This document shows positions 47,527 through 64,000 of a DNA stretch of 64,000 bases, piece after piece (positions within the stretch are counted from its first letter, which is position 1; every line of letters begins with the position of its first letter). The stretch comes from Eledone cirrhosa (Eukaryota), in assembly GCA_964016885.1 (NCBI GenBank), contig OZ024747.1, positions 19,840,001 to 19,904,000 on the forward strand. Direction: 5' to 3'. Position numbers and translations under genes: made by a program. The notes under the pieces were generated by a model. The model made no database searches. It was not told where the DNA came from and was given only the letters and a program-made list of their open reading frames with translations.

Positions 47527-47742
47527 AATATAATGAGATGTACAACTTTGATGTTATGGGATTATCCATTCAATTAGAAAACGAAATGACCCTGAAAGTG
47601 TGTTTAGTTTGAAAGTTTAACAATAGTAAATTAATTACACTTTATATAAAAAAGGAGAATTTCTAACTATGAATTGTTGTGATCTTTAATCTCAGTGTTG
47701 AATGTAATATTTCAGGTGGCCCAAATAGGTGATACATAAGCA

Positions 47743-47802
<60 letters not shown>

Positions 47803-49144
47803 ACACATACACACACACACACGCGCACGCACACACACGCCCAGACATACTAACACACACGTGGAGCAGAAAGTCCGCTATTTCATCTGCTGAGATCGGT
47901 TTTCCGCACCTTCCATTTATCGGGCCAAGAGTCGTGTTAGGCTGCCAATGTACACATCAATGTAATTCGTCTCCTGTCCGTAGCTTTACACAAACAAGCT
48001 CAATTACAGTTAAATTCCACGTACGTTCTGCGGTACGTTAGAGACCAAGTTATGGTGTTGCTGTTACGCTGCACTTCCACTATTTTGGCATATAGAATAA
48101 CGTTCGAAGCTTCGTATTCTAGTGTACACACTTCAGCACGAACAACACTTACCCTACAGCAATCCTAAATTATGAATTGCTGAAATAGGCAACGATATAC
48201 ATTGGAAATCTTTGCGCATTGAGAACACATGTGATTGTACGTAAGTCTGTTTGAAGAACCAGAATAGAAAACACCAAAATCTCTGAAATGATTGTGGTGA
48301 CATTGCGGGCATAAGGTTCGAAAATCTATGGGCTGATTTTAGTGTCATTGTGGGGAGAATTTTCCTCTGAGGGATAAGCGTTACAGTCATAGATGAGTTG
48401 GAATCGAACTGGCCTCTCTGAAATACACAGTGAAAAAGAAATATATCTACGAATTAATTCAGATACAAAACAAACCTCAGTTGTGATACTGGATCGGAGC
48501 TAAACAAGGAAATTTATTCTCTTCAGTGCAAGCGACGTTTATTATTGATGTATTCTATTGTTCTTCAACCAAGCTATAATGCCAAAGGCTGTGGAAATAT
48601 GAAGAGCTAAAGATCGTTGCTGTAAATACATAAATTCAAAATATTGATATAGTTCCTTAAATTTGATAATTGCTTAACCCTTATAAAAACTAAGGCATTA
48701 GTATAAAAACTAAGGTGAGTATAAAAACTAAGGCATTAAGAATATTGATAAATAAACAAGTTTCTCTTAACATACATTGCAAACATCGTAGAATATTTCC
48801 AAATATTTATAAGTCATGATAAAATATACAGTAGATTTTAAAATATTCACTAAAAGAATATTGAAATCTCCTTTGTCAAATATATACAACAGGATTCTAT
48901 ATTTTCAATGATTCCAAAGATTATATTTCAATTATTTTGTTTTATTCATGTAGACATTTTCAATGTACATAAATGGAAACAATATTATAGAAGAAAAGTT
49001 GTAATTTGTTTATTTTCCCTCAGGGATAATACTGATGTTAATAGTACGATGCATTATCGTATAATTCATTTCAAAAACAATCTGATATCTTATGCCAAGA
49101 AATAATAATAAACAAACACAAAAGGTAAGAACACAAATATATGA

Positions 49145-49243
<99 letters not shown>

Positions 49244-49270
49244 ATATACATATATATACCATATATATAC

Positions 49271-49327
<57 letters not shown>

Positions 49328-49979
49328 CATATATATACATATATATATATACATACATATATACATATATATACATATATATATACATACATATATATAC
49401 ATATATATACATATATATACATATATATACATATATATATACATACATATATATACATATATATACATATATATATACATACATATATATACATATATAT
49501 ATATACATATATTTATATACATATATATATACATATATATATATATACATATATATATATACATATATATATATATACATATATATATATACATATATAT
49601 ATATATACATATATATATATACATACATATATATACATATATATATATATACATATATATATACATATATATACATATATATATATATACATATATATAC
49701 ATATATATACATATATATACATATATATATACATATATATACATATATATATACATATATACATATATATATATACATATATACATATATATATATACAT
49801 ATATATGCATATATATACATATATATACATATATATATATACATATATATACATATATATATATACATATATATATACATATATATACATATATATATAC
49901 ATATATACATATATATATATACATATATATGCATATATATATATACATATGCATATATATATATACATACATACATATA

Positions 49980-50068
49980 TAAACAAGGTTTAGTAAATAA
50001 TGAAAAAGTTTCAAAATAAATTTTAAAAAATTGACTTTACCTACTATATTTACCTTTACCGATCGGTT
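49980..50068 (-). repeat. 3' fragment of the 42.1-kb hammerhead family
   Basis: Reverse complement aaaccgatcggtaaaggt...aaatttattttgaaacttttt...taaaccttg matches 42267-42351. Confidence 0.75.
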
Positions 50069-50435
50069 TATATATATATATACATATACATATATATATA
50101 CATATATATATACATATATATATACATATATATATACATACATATATACATATATATACATATATATATATACATATATATACATACATATATACATATA
50201 TATACATATATATATACATACATATATATACATATATATACATATATATATACATACATATATATACATATATATACATATATATATACATACATATATA
50301 TACATATATATACATATATTTATATACATATATATATACATATATATATATATACATATATATATACATATATATATATACATATATATACATATATATA
50401 TATATACATATATATATATACATACATATATATAC

Positions 50436-50468
<33 letters not shown>

Positions 50469-50779
50469 CATATATATATACATATATATATACATATATC
50501 TATACATATATATACATATATATATACATATATATACATATACATATATGTACATATATATATACATATATATACATATATATATACATATATATACATA
50601 TATATACATATATATACATATACATATATGTACATATATATATACATATATATACATATATATATACATATATATACATATATATATATACATATATATA
50701 CATATATATATATATACATATATATATATACATATATATATACATATATATACATATATATATATATATATATTTATAC

Positions 50780-50814
<35 letters not shown>

Positions 50815-51005
50815 CATATATATATACATATACATATATACATATACATATATGTACATATATATATATACATATATATACATATATATATACATATATA
50901 TACATATATATATATACATATATATACATATATATATATACATATATATACATATATATATACATATATATATACATATATATACATATATATATATATA
51001 TATTT

Positions 51006-51098
<93 letters not shown>

Positions 51099-51122
51099 TA
51101 TATACATATACATATATATACA

Positions 51123-51160
<38 letters not shown>

Positions 51161-51274
51161 CATATATATACATATATATATATATATACATATATATATA
51201 CATATATATACATATATATATATTATATACATTCATATATATATATATATACATATATATATACATATATATAC

Positions 51275-51332
<58 letters not shown>

Positions 51333-51333
<1 letters not shown>

Positions 51334-51789
51334 AAGGGCAAAGGAGCTCTTAAGAGTCAATGGCCATCCAAAATCACCGGGAAAGATGACCCCTTAGCCT
51401 TTGTCAAGGCAGAATTCTAGGAGAAGGAAAACTCTGATATGACACCTGCAACCCTGATGATATCCAATGATGTTGACTTGTTCTTCTTTTTGGTAAATAT
51501 CATCTTGGTTAGAGAGTGGGACTGGCTTTGTGCAGTGCCTTTGCTCACTATAAAAACTTCACGGCACAGGCATTGCTTTATATCTGGAGATCTCTCTGCA
51601 CTTGTCGTCACATGGTACCATGGGCCCAGCACTATGTGTCAATAATTGTCACAAGTGTAGTGTTTGTACCAAAGTTTTCAAGTCGCTGGCCGGACTGAAA
51701 AGTCACACTCGTTCAGCGCATCGGTAGGGGTCCTCCTACATGGATATAAAGTAGTGGCCGTACTCGAAAACGAGTTGGCAGCCACCATA
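51333..51789 (+). mobile_element. Non-autonomous RTE-derived element, copy 3 (5'-truncated)
   Basis: Matches copies 1 and 2 from aaagggc onward. Confidence 0.7.
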
Positions 51790-51794
51790 TATAC

Positions 51795-51845
<51 letters not shown>

Positions 51846-51851
51846 TATACA

Positions 51852-51947
<96 letters not shown>

Positions 51948-51948
51948 C

Positions 51949-52007
<59 letters not shown>

Positions 52008-52209
52008 GATATATATATATATATATATACATATATATACATATATATACATATAAATATACATATATATACATATATATATACATATATACGTATATAT
52101 ATATACATATATATGCATATATATACATATATATGCATATATATACATATATATAGATATATATACATATATATATACATATATATACATATTATATATA
52201 TATATATTT

Positions 52210-52298
<89 letters not shown>

Positions 52299-52317
52299 CA
52301 TATATATATACATATAC

Positions 52318-52372
<55 letters not shown>

Positions 52373-52421
52373 CATATATATACATATATATATATATACA
52401 TATATATATACATATATATAC

Positions 52422-52483
<62 letters not shown>

Positions 52484-52484
<1 letters not shown>

Positions 52485-52939
52485 AAGGGCAAAGGAGCTC
52501 TTAAGAGTCAATGGCCATCCAAAATCACCGGGAGAGATGACCCCTTAGCCTTTGTCAGGGCAGAATTCTAGGAGAAGGAAAACTCTGATATGACACCTGC
52601 AACCCTGATGATATCCAATGATGTTGACTTGTTCTTCTTTTTGGTAAATATCATCTTGGTTAAGAGAGTGGGACTGGCTTTGTGCAGTGCCTTTGCTCAC
52701 TATAAAACTTCACGGCACAGGCATTGCTTTATATCTGGAGATCTCTCTGCAATTGTCGTCACATGGTACCATGGGCCCAGCACTATGTGTCAATAATTGT
52801 CACAGGTGTAGTGTTTGTACCAAAGTTTTCAAGTCGCTGGCCGGACTGAAAAGTCACATTCGTTCAGCGCATCGGTAGGGGTCCTCCTACATGGATATAA
52901 AGTAGTGGCCGTACTCGAAAACGAGTTGGCAGCCACCAT
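52484..52939 (+). mobile_element. Non-autonomous RTE-derived element, copy 4 (same truncation point as copy 3)
   Basis: Encodes [23 protein letters not shown] (C2H2). Offset from copy 3 is 1151 bp. Confidence 0.7.
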
Positions 52940-52945
52940 ATATAC

Positions 52946-53090
<145 letters not shown>

Positions 53091-53146
53091 ATACATATAT
53101 ATATATATACATATATATACATATATATATATATATATAATACATA

Positions 53147-53188
<42 letters not shown>

Positions 53189-53448
53189 CATATATTATAC
53201 ATACATATATATATATATATATACATATATATACATATATATACAATATATATACATATATATACATATATATACATATATACATAATATATATACATAT
53301 ATATGCATATATATACATATATATACATATATATATCATATATATACATATATATACATATATATACATATATACATATATACATATATATATACATATA
53401 TTACATATATATATACACATATTGCATATATATATATATACATACATA

Positions 53449-53488
<40 letters not shown>

Positions 53489-53715
53489 TATACATATATA
53501 CATATATATACATACATATATATACATATATATATACATACATATATATACATATATATATACATATATATATACATACATATATATATACATACATATA
53601 TATACATATATATATACATACATATATATACATATATATATACATACATATATATACATATATATATACATACATATATATACATATATATACATATACA
53701 TATACATATATATAC

Positions 53716-53813
53716 CTGGTCTGTTGGAGATGCAGGATATGGCAGCGATAATGAGGGACAGAGACCGCTGGAGAGAACTCGTCCATGGATCTCGGGAATT
53801 TTACGCGCCTTAG
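53716..53813 (+). mobile_element. ~100-bp 3' tip of the 20-kb RTE LINE inside (TA)n
   Basis: Matches 20947-21044. Confidence 0.9.
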
Positions 53814-53835
53814 ATAGATAGATATATATATATAC

Positions 53836-53869
<34 letters not shown>

Positions 53870-53870
53870 T

Positions 53871-53965
<95 letters not shown>

Positions 53966-53996
53966 TTATATATATACATATATATATACACATATA

Positions 53997-54068
<72 letters not shown>

Positions 54069-54074
54069 CATATC

Positions 54075-54242
<168 letters not shown>

Positions 54243-54245
54243 CAC

Positions 54246-54279
<34 letters not shown>

Positions 54280-54406
54280 GCGACATTAAAAAAATAATGA
54301 ATAAAACAATGAAACAGTTCCTTATATTGAACAAAAAAAGTTCATTATTTAACGATCGTTTCTAGGACATACATGTGTTAGAATTGGCATGCATATTCAA
54401 AAGATC

Positions 54407-54479
<73 letters not shown>

Positions 54480-54508
54480 TTATATATATACATATATATA
54501 TACACATA

Positions 54509-54628
<120 letters not shown>

Positions 54629-54631
54629 CAC

Positions 54632-54665
<34 letters not shown>

Positions 54666-54668
54666 GCG

Positions 54669-55195
54669 ACATTAAAAAATAATGAATAAAACAATGAAAC
54701 AGTTCCTTATATTGAACAAAAAAAGTTCATTATTTAACGATCGTTTCTAGGACATACATGTGTTAGAATTGGCATGCATATTCAAAAGATCTATGTACAA
54801 AATTATACAAACTATCAAAGAGAATATACATACCAACACATATATATGCTGTCTTCAGAAATAATTATTTCTGAAGACAGCATATATACGTGTTGGTATG
54901 TATATTCTCTTTGATAGTTTGTATAATGTTGTACATAGATCTTTTTAATGTGCATGCCAATTCTAACACATATATGTCCTAGAAACGATCGTTAATTAAT
55001 GAACTTTTTTTGTTTAATATAAGGAATTGTTTCATTGTTTTATTCATTATTTTTTTAATGTTTTATCTTGACTCTGTATTCCGTTTATCTTTCACCGAAA
55101 GTGATTTTTGAATGCATCTCTTCTTTCCATGATATCCGGATTACATTGAGTTCTTCATACGGATTGGAGACTACCGTAAACTTTTGGTAGATTTA

Positions 55196-55197
<2 letters not shown>
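54669..55197. repeat. Spacer-less ~390-bp palindrome (54669-55061) with back-to-back hammerheads: 54729-54865(-) and 54864-55000(+)
   Basis: Centre ttcagaaataa|ttatttctgaa. Motif attattt-CTGAAGA-[~100 nt]-GAAA-cgatcg-TT-aa(a/t)taat. Partial duplicate at 54279-54408. Confidence 0.85.
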
Positions 55198-55283
<86 letters not shown>

Positions 55284-55348
55284 CATATATAAATATATAT
55301 ATATATATACATATATAAATATATATATATATATACATATATATATAA

Positions 55349-55381
<33 letters not shown>

Positions 55382-55410
55382 CATATATGTATATATACAT
55401 ATATATATAA

Positions 55411-55483
<73 letters not shown>

Positions 55484-55564
55484 CATATATATATACATAT
55501 ATGTATATATATATATATATACATACATATATATACATATATATATATATACATATATATATAC

Positions 55565-55595
<31 letters not shown>

Positions 55596-56238
55596 CATAT
55601 ATATATATATACGTATATATATACATATATACATATATATATACATATATATATATACGTATATATATACATATATACATATATATATACATATATACAT
55701 ATATATATACATATATACGTATATATATACATATATACATATATATATACATATATACATATATACATATATATATACATATATACATATATACATATAT
55801 ATATACATATATACATATATATATACATATATATATATACATATATATATATATACATATATATATACATATATACATACATATATACATATATATATAT
55901 ACATATATAGATAGATATACATATATATATACATATATATATATACATATATAGATAGATATACATATATATATACATATATACATATATATATACATAT
56001 ATACATATATATACATATATACATATATATACATATATACAGAGATATACATATATATATATATACATATACAGATATACATACATATATATATACATAT
56101 ATATATACACATATATATACACATATATATATACATATATACATATATATATATATACATATATATATATACATATATATATACACATATATATATACAT
56201 ATATATATATACATATATATATATACATATATATATAC

Positions 56239-56269
<31 letters not shown>

Positions 56270-56294
56270 CATATATATATACATATATATATAC

Positions 56295-56420
<126 letters not shown>

Positions 56421-56514
56421 ATATATACATATATATATATACATATATATATATACATATATATATATATACATATATATATATACATATATATATATAC
56501 ATATATATATATAC

Positions 56515-56545
<31 letters not shown>

Positions 56546-56584
56546 CATATATATATATACATATATATATACATATATATATAC

Positions 56585-56615
<31 letters not shown>

Positions 56616-56628
56616 CATATATATATAC

Positions 56629-56749
<121 letters not shown>

Positions 56750-56776
56750 CATATATATATATACATATATATATAC

Positions 56777-56839
<63 letters not shown>

Positions 56840-56856
56840 TATATATATATACATAT

Positions 56857-57313
56857 GCAAAATTTTATTTAAATTGTTGGGTTACATCGAGTAAATATTT
56901 ATAACTGATATAAATGCACTCAACAAATATTTGGAATATATTTACGATATTAAATAAATGGAAACTATATGTATAAAACCATATTTATTTCATTATATAT
57001 ATCTCAGGGATATCATATTAAAAATATGGTATGCCTTCATCAGACAAAATACAATATAAACAGTCTTATAAATAGATAGATTTGACATAACTTACAACTT
57101 CAACTTCCATTTAAAAAGTTGATTTACTACCAAATCATCTTTTTAAATGGAAGTTGAAGTTGTAAGGTATGTCAAATCTATCTATATATAAGACTGTTTA
57201 TATTATATTTTGTCTGATGAAGGCATATCATATTTTTAATATGATATCCCTGAAATATATATAATGAAATAAATATGGTTTTATAAATATAGTTTCCATT
57301 CATTTAATATCGT
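56857..57313. repeat. Fold-back element with a hammerhead on each strand: 56986-57051(-, GAGA mutant) and 57206-57271(+, intact)
   Basis: ~180-bp inverted arms around a loop at ~57126-57131. tattttgt-CTGATGA-aggcatatcatatt..aatatgatatccct-GAAA-tatata-TA-atgaaata. Confidence 0.88.
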
Positions 57314-57339
57314 ATATATACATATGTATATATATATAC

Positions 57340-57370
<31 letters not shown>

Positions 57371-57427
57371 CATATATATACATATATACACATATACATA
57401 TATATATATATACATATATATATATAC

Positions 57428-57474
<47 letters not shown>

Positions 57475-57505
57475 CATATATATATATATACATATATATA
57501 TATAC

Positions 57506-57606
<101 letters not shown>

Positions 57607-57607
57607 A

Positions 57608-57810
<203 letters not shown>

Positions 57811-57811
57811 C

Positions 57812-57861
<50 letters not shown>

Positions 57862-57862
57862 T

Positions 57863-58116
<254 letters not shown>

Positions 58117-58121
58117 CATAC

Positions 58122-58170
<49 letters not shown>

Positions 58171-58813
58171 CATACATATATATATATAGATATATATATA
58201 CATATATATATACATATTTACATATATACATATATATATACATATATACATATATACATATATATATACATATATACATATATATATACATATATATATA
58301 TACATATATATATATACATATATATATACATATATACATACATATATACATATATATATATACATATATAGATAGATATACATATATATATACATATATA
58401 TATATACATATATAGATAGATATACATATATATATACATATATACATATATATATACATATATACATATATATACATATATACATATATATACATATATA
58501 CAGAGATATACATATATATATATATACATATACAGATATACATACATATATATATACATATATATATACACATATATATACACATATATATACACATATA
58601 TATATACATATATATATATACATATATATATACATATATATATACATATATATATACACATATATATACACATACATATATACACATATATATACACATA
58701 TATATATACATATATACATATATATATATATACATATATATATATACATATATATATACACATATATATATACATATATATATATACATATATATATATA
58801 CATATATATATAC

Positions 58814-58844
<31 letters not shown>

Positions 58845-58869
58845 CATATATATATACATATATATATAC

Positions 58870-58957
<88 letters not shown>

Positions 58958-59067
58958 ATATATACATATATATATATATACATATATATATATACATATA
59001 TATATATATACATATATATATATACATATATATATATACATATATATATATACATATATATATATAC

Positions 59068-59098
<31 letters not shown>

Positions 59099-59137
59099 CA
59101 TATATATATATACATATATATATACATATATATATAC

Positions 59138-59168
<31 letters not shown>

Positions 59169-59181
59169 CATATATATATAC

Positions 59182-59302
<121 letters not shown>

Positions 59303-59329
59303 CATATATATATATACATATATATATAC

Positions 59330-59394
<65 letters not shown>

Positions 59395-59411
59395 TATATA
59401 TATATACATAT

Positions 59412-59868
59412 GCAAAATTTTATTTAAATTGTTGGGTTACATCGAGTAAATATTTATAACTGATATAAATGCACTCAACAAATATTTGGAATATATTTAC
59501 GATATTAAATAAATGGAAACTATATGTATAAAACCATATTTATTTCATTATATATATCTCAGGGATATCATATTAAAAATATGGTATGCCTTCATCAGAC
59601 AAAATACAATATAAACAGTCTTATAAATAGATAGATTTGACATAACTTACAACTTCAACTTCCATTTAAAAAGTTGATTTACTACCAAATCAACTTTTTA
59701 AATGGAAGTTGAAGTTGTAAGGTATGTCAAATCTATCTATATATAAGACTGTTTATATTGTATTTTGTCTGATGAAGGCATATCATATTTTTAATATGAT
59801 ATCCCTGAAATATATATAATGAAATAAATATGGTTTTATAAATATAGTTTCCATTCATTTAATATCGT
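59412..59868. repeat. Duplicate of the 56857-57313 fold-back; hammerheads 59541-59606(-) and 59761-59826(+)
   Basis: Near-identical, offset 2555 bp, shares the GAGA mutation. Confidence 0.88.
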
Positions 59869-59894
59869 ATATATACATATGTATATATATATAC

Positions 59895-59925
<31 letters not shown>

Positions 59926-59952
59926 CATATATATACATATATACACATATAC

Positions 59953-59983
<31 letters not shown>

Positions 59984-59984
59984 C

Positions 59985-60049
<65 letters not shown>

Positions 60050-60080
60050 CATATATATATATATACATATATATATATAC

Positions 60081-60151
<71 letters not shown>

Positions 60152-60152
60152 A

Positions 60153-60579
<427 letters not shown>

Positions 60580-60584
60580 CATAC

Positions 60585-60635
<51 letters not shown>

Positions 60636-60685
60636 CATACATATATATATATAGATATATATATATACATATATATATATATACT

Positions 60686-60723
<38 letters not shown>

Positions 60724-60792
60724 CATATATATACATATATATATACATATATACATACATATATATACATATATATATACATATATACATAT

Positions 60793-60861
<69 letters not shown>

Positions 60862-60973
60862 CATGCATATATATATACATATATATATACATATATATAT
60901 ACATGCTTATATATATATAATATATATACATATATATATTTATATATATACATATATATATATATATGTATAC

Positions 60974-61020
<47 letters not shown>

Positions 61021-61100
61021 CATATATACCTATATACATATATATATATATATACATATATACATATATATATGTATATTGAGACTAGTAAAATGAGGTA

Positions 61101-61188
61101 TCCTCTTGATAAGTCGGCAGACCTCGCAAGGACTCTATATCTTTGATATATTGTTTTTGTTTATGCCACGAAACTACGTAGTCGAGGA
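61101..61188 (+). ncRNA. Type I hammerhead, U3-A8 core, GUC site (cleavage predicted after 61183)
   Basis: tcctc-TTGATAA-gtcggca...tgccac-GAAA-ctacgtag-TC-gagga. Confidence 0.82.
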
Positions 61189-61691
61189 ATTTAGGAACAG
61201 TTTAGGTATGATACATTTTATTACTAATTATATCTAAATGTTTCTTCTCTCTTCATAATGTATTTTTAACTCTGATACTGGTTCAGTCTGGTTCAAACTG
61301 AATTGGTCTGTCCCAATCATTCATTGAGCAACATCGGTGAAGTTGGCACCCTTAACTCACAGTTGGGTGCGGATGCATTCATGTATATATGTGTGTGTCC
61401 GCATGTATCTGTGTGTTTCTAAATGTATTAATAACTCCCTCTGGTCGAGCAATCTTTGAAGTGTGGGGACAACTGGAAAGCCTCCATTACTCATACTTCT
61501 CGCCTTCTTCACTACCTCTTCTACGGCCTCGATATGAATACCCCCTCCGCCTCCGTGGTATTTTTTTCGTGGTTATAGGAGGCTTAGCTCTGTTTCTCGA
61601 CCGTTATATCGCGTGACTATCTCCCCCTCCGCCTTTTGGGATTCTTTCTCACGTCGTGTAGACGCGTTCTTGAGACTAGTAAAATGAGGTA

Positions 61692-61779
61692 TCCTCTTGA
61701 TAAGTCGGCAGACCTCGCAAGGACTCTATATCTTTGATATATTGTTTTTGTTTATGCCACGAAACTACGTAGTCGAGGA
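61692..61779 (+). ncRNA. Second identical U3-A8 hammerhead (cleavage predicted after 61774)
   Basis: Same sequence, 591 nt downstream. Confidence 0.82.
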
Positions 61780-61848
61780 ATTTAGGAACAGTTTAGGTAT
61801 GATACATTTTATTACTAATTATATCTAAATGTTTCTTCTCTCTTCATA

Positions 61849-62099
<251 letters not shown>

Positions 62100-62100
62100 C

Positions 62101-62225
<125 letters not shown>

Positions 62226-62229
62226 CATA

Positions 62230-62278
<49 letters not shown>

Positions 62279-62322
62279 CGTTTCTGAATTTATTGGCAAC
62301 ATGACCCTCCCAAAGTATAACA

Positions 62323-62353
<31 letters not shown>

Positions 62354-62361
62354 TACATATC

Positions 62362-62396
<35 letters not shown>

Positions 62397-62495
62397 GCAT
62401 ATATATATATATACATATCTATATATATATATACATATGCGGTGCCCCAGCATGGCCTCAGCCGGATGGCTGAAACAGGTAAAAGGGTAAAATAG

Positions 62496-62531
<36 letters not shown>

Positions 62532-62558
62532 CATATATACATATCTATATATATATAC

Positions 62559-62631
<73 letters not shown>

Positions 62632-62644
62632 CATATATATATAC

Positions 62645-62679
<35 letters not shown>

Positions 62680-62703
62680 CATATCTATATATACATATAT
62701 ATT

Positions 62704-62735
<32 letters not shown>

Positions 62736-62981
62736 CACATATATATATACATATCTATATATAGTGTTATATTTGGGGAGGGTCATATTTGCGTAATATT
62801 GCCAGAATTAATAACAGAACACACTCACTGTTTGGTTGGTTTTCGCTTCTCGCTGTCTTTTATATATATATATCTGCGATCTAACTTACTCGGTCCTCAA
62901 TGTTGCCATTGACTGACCGGCGGTCAAAAATAATACAGATACAATATAGACAAACACATATATATATAGTTTACATAATAT

Positions 62982-63021
62982 ACATAAATCTTTCGTTGCA
63001 CATCTGCAACATCGTCAGTGG
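62982..63021 (-). ncRNA. Decayed minimal hammerhead
   Basis: cca-CTGACGA-t-gttgca-gatg-tgcaac-GAAA-gatt-TA-tgt. Core and stem II are intact, stem I is only 2 bp. Confidence 0.55.
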
Positions 63022-63150
63022 TGTTATATTCATTGTTCCTCCTGTTGTGTTGTATAAAAAACCTCGCAAAACTAATTCATCGCCGCTATCTATATATACA
63101 TATCTATATATACATATATATATATATGTGTGTGTGTGTGTGTCTATGTA

Positions 63151-63181
<31 letters not shown>

Positions 63182-63767
63182 GGGTGTGTGGGTGTGTGTG
63201 TATACATATACATCATTTATGCACATATGCATATATGTATGAAATTATTTATGTATTTTCAAATATAAACTTAATTTTCTAATAAGTATTTGAATATACA
63301 TTGTTATTTTGTTGAAGCTATATTTAACTATTTGTGTATATAAATTCTAGAGAGAATAGTAAATATACACAAACAATATAAAGACGACTATAGATAATAT
63401 GTAAATACACTTAAATCTCAAGGATCAAAAAATTCCCTGAAGATTTGACGTTACTTATCATAGAATGTCTAAATATATTCATAACATTTAATATCTAGTT
63501 TTTGTAGGTGTTATATCGTTTGTATATTTTCTCTGTTTATTGATTGACTTTTGATACTGTTTAGAGATTGAATTTCTGTAAATTTTATTAATATTTATTT
63601 TAAAATATATTGTGCATTGTATGTTTTGTAGATAGCTCAACATAAATCATAATAATCATTTGTTTATTGGCCACATCTGATACATACAATACTGAAAAGT
63701 ATCATACAAAACATATGCTGTTATACGTATGAATTCTAAATAGATAGTGGGGGCTGAATGCATGATC

Positions 63768-63869
63768 GCCGAGGTTGACTTTGCCTTTCATCCTTACGGG
63801 GTCGATAAAATAAAGTACCAGTAATGCACTGGGTAATTGCTGGCCTTGTGCCTAAAGTAGAAACAATTA
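63768..63869 (+). mobile_element. 3' part of tRNA-derived SINE
   Basis: Matches 22316-22419. Confidence 0.8.
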
Positions 63870-64000
63870 TGTGTACTTCCATAATTGCGGAAAATTGTAA
63901 CTCATCCAATCATGTGGGAAAGTTGATAAACACGTAGACATTAGCAGAATTCCTGAAATGTGTGTTGTCCTAAATTTCTCGAAAGCAGAGTCGTCCATAC

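Noticed and set aside
61389-61616. 75-aa ORF inside the twin-hammerhead element
   Set aside because: Starts in a TG repeat, with only a vague LESLH resemblance to a GIY-YIG tail. Not supportable as coding.

Overview
This is very AT-rich eukaryotic intergenic/intronic DNA with no confidently supportable host gene. The SINE families and microsatellite load resemble an octopus/cephalopod genome (recognition from memory, not searched). Roughly 40% of it is (TA)n-type microsatellite, which produces all the 'IYIYIY' ORFs. The non-microsatellite islands are mostly retroelements: (1) Penelope-like elements (PLEs) of two lineages, Hydra-like RT/GIY-YIG at 4.1-6.6, 14.2-14.9 and 35.2-37.5 kb and Nematis-like at 33.0-35.2 kb, the last two joined head-to-head; (2) a 5'-truncated RTE LINE plus fragments; (3) four copies of a non-autonomous RTE-derived element; (4) a decayed Tx1/L1-like LINE; (5) tRNA-type SINEs. 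The main hidden signal is about 27 full or near-full type I hammerhead ribozyme (HHR) motifs, folded by eye, in roughly ten unrelated short non-coding families that mostly sit in (TA)n. They include an apparently young retrozyme-like element (61079-61854) whose two identical 185-bp repeats each carry an HHR with a compensatory U3-A8 core and would release a 591-nt monomer. There are also fold-back palindromes with an HHR on each strand, and a U4A core variant in the Hydra-like PLE 3' UTR. Ribozyme activity is inferred from fold only.
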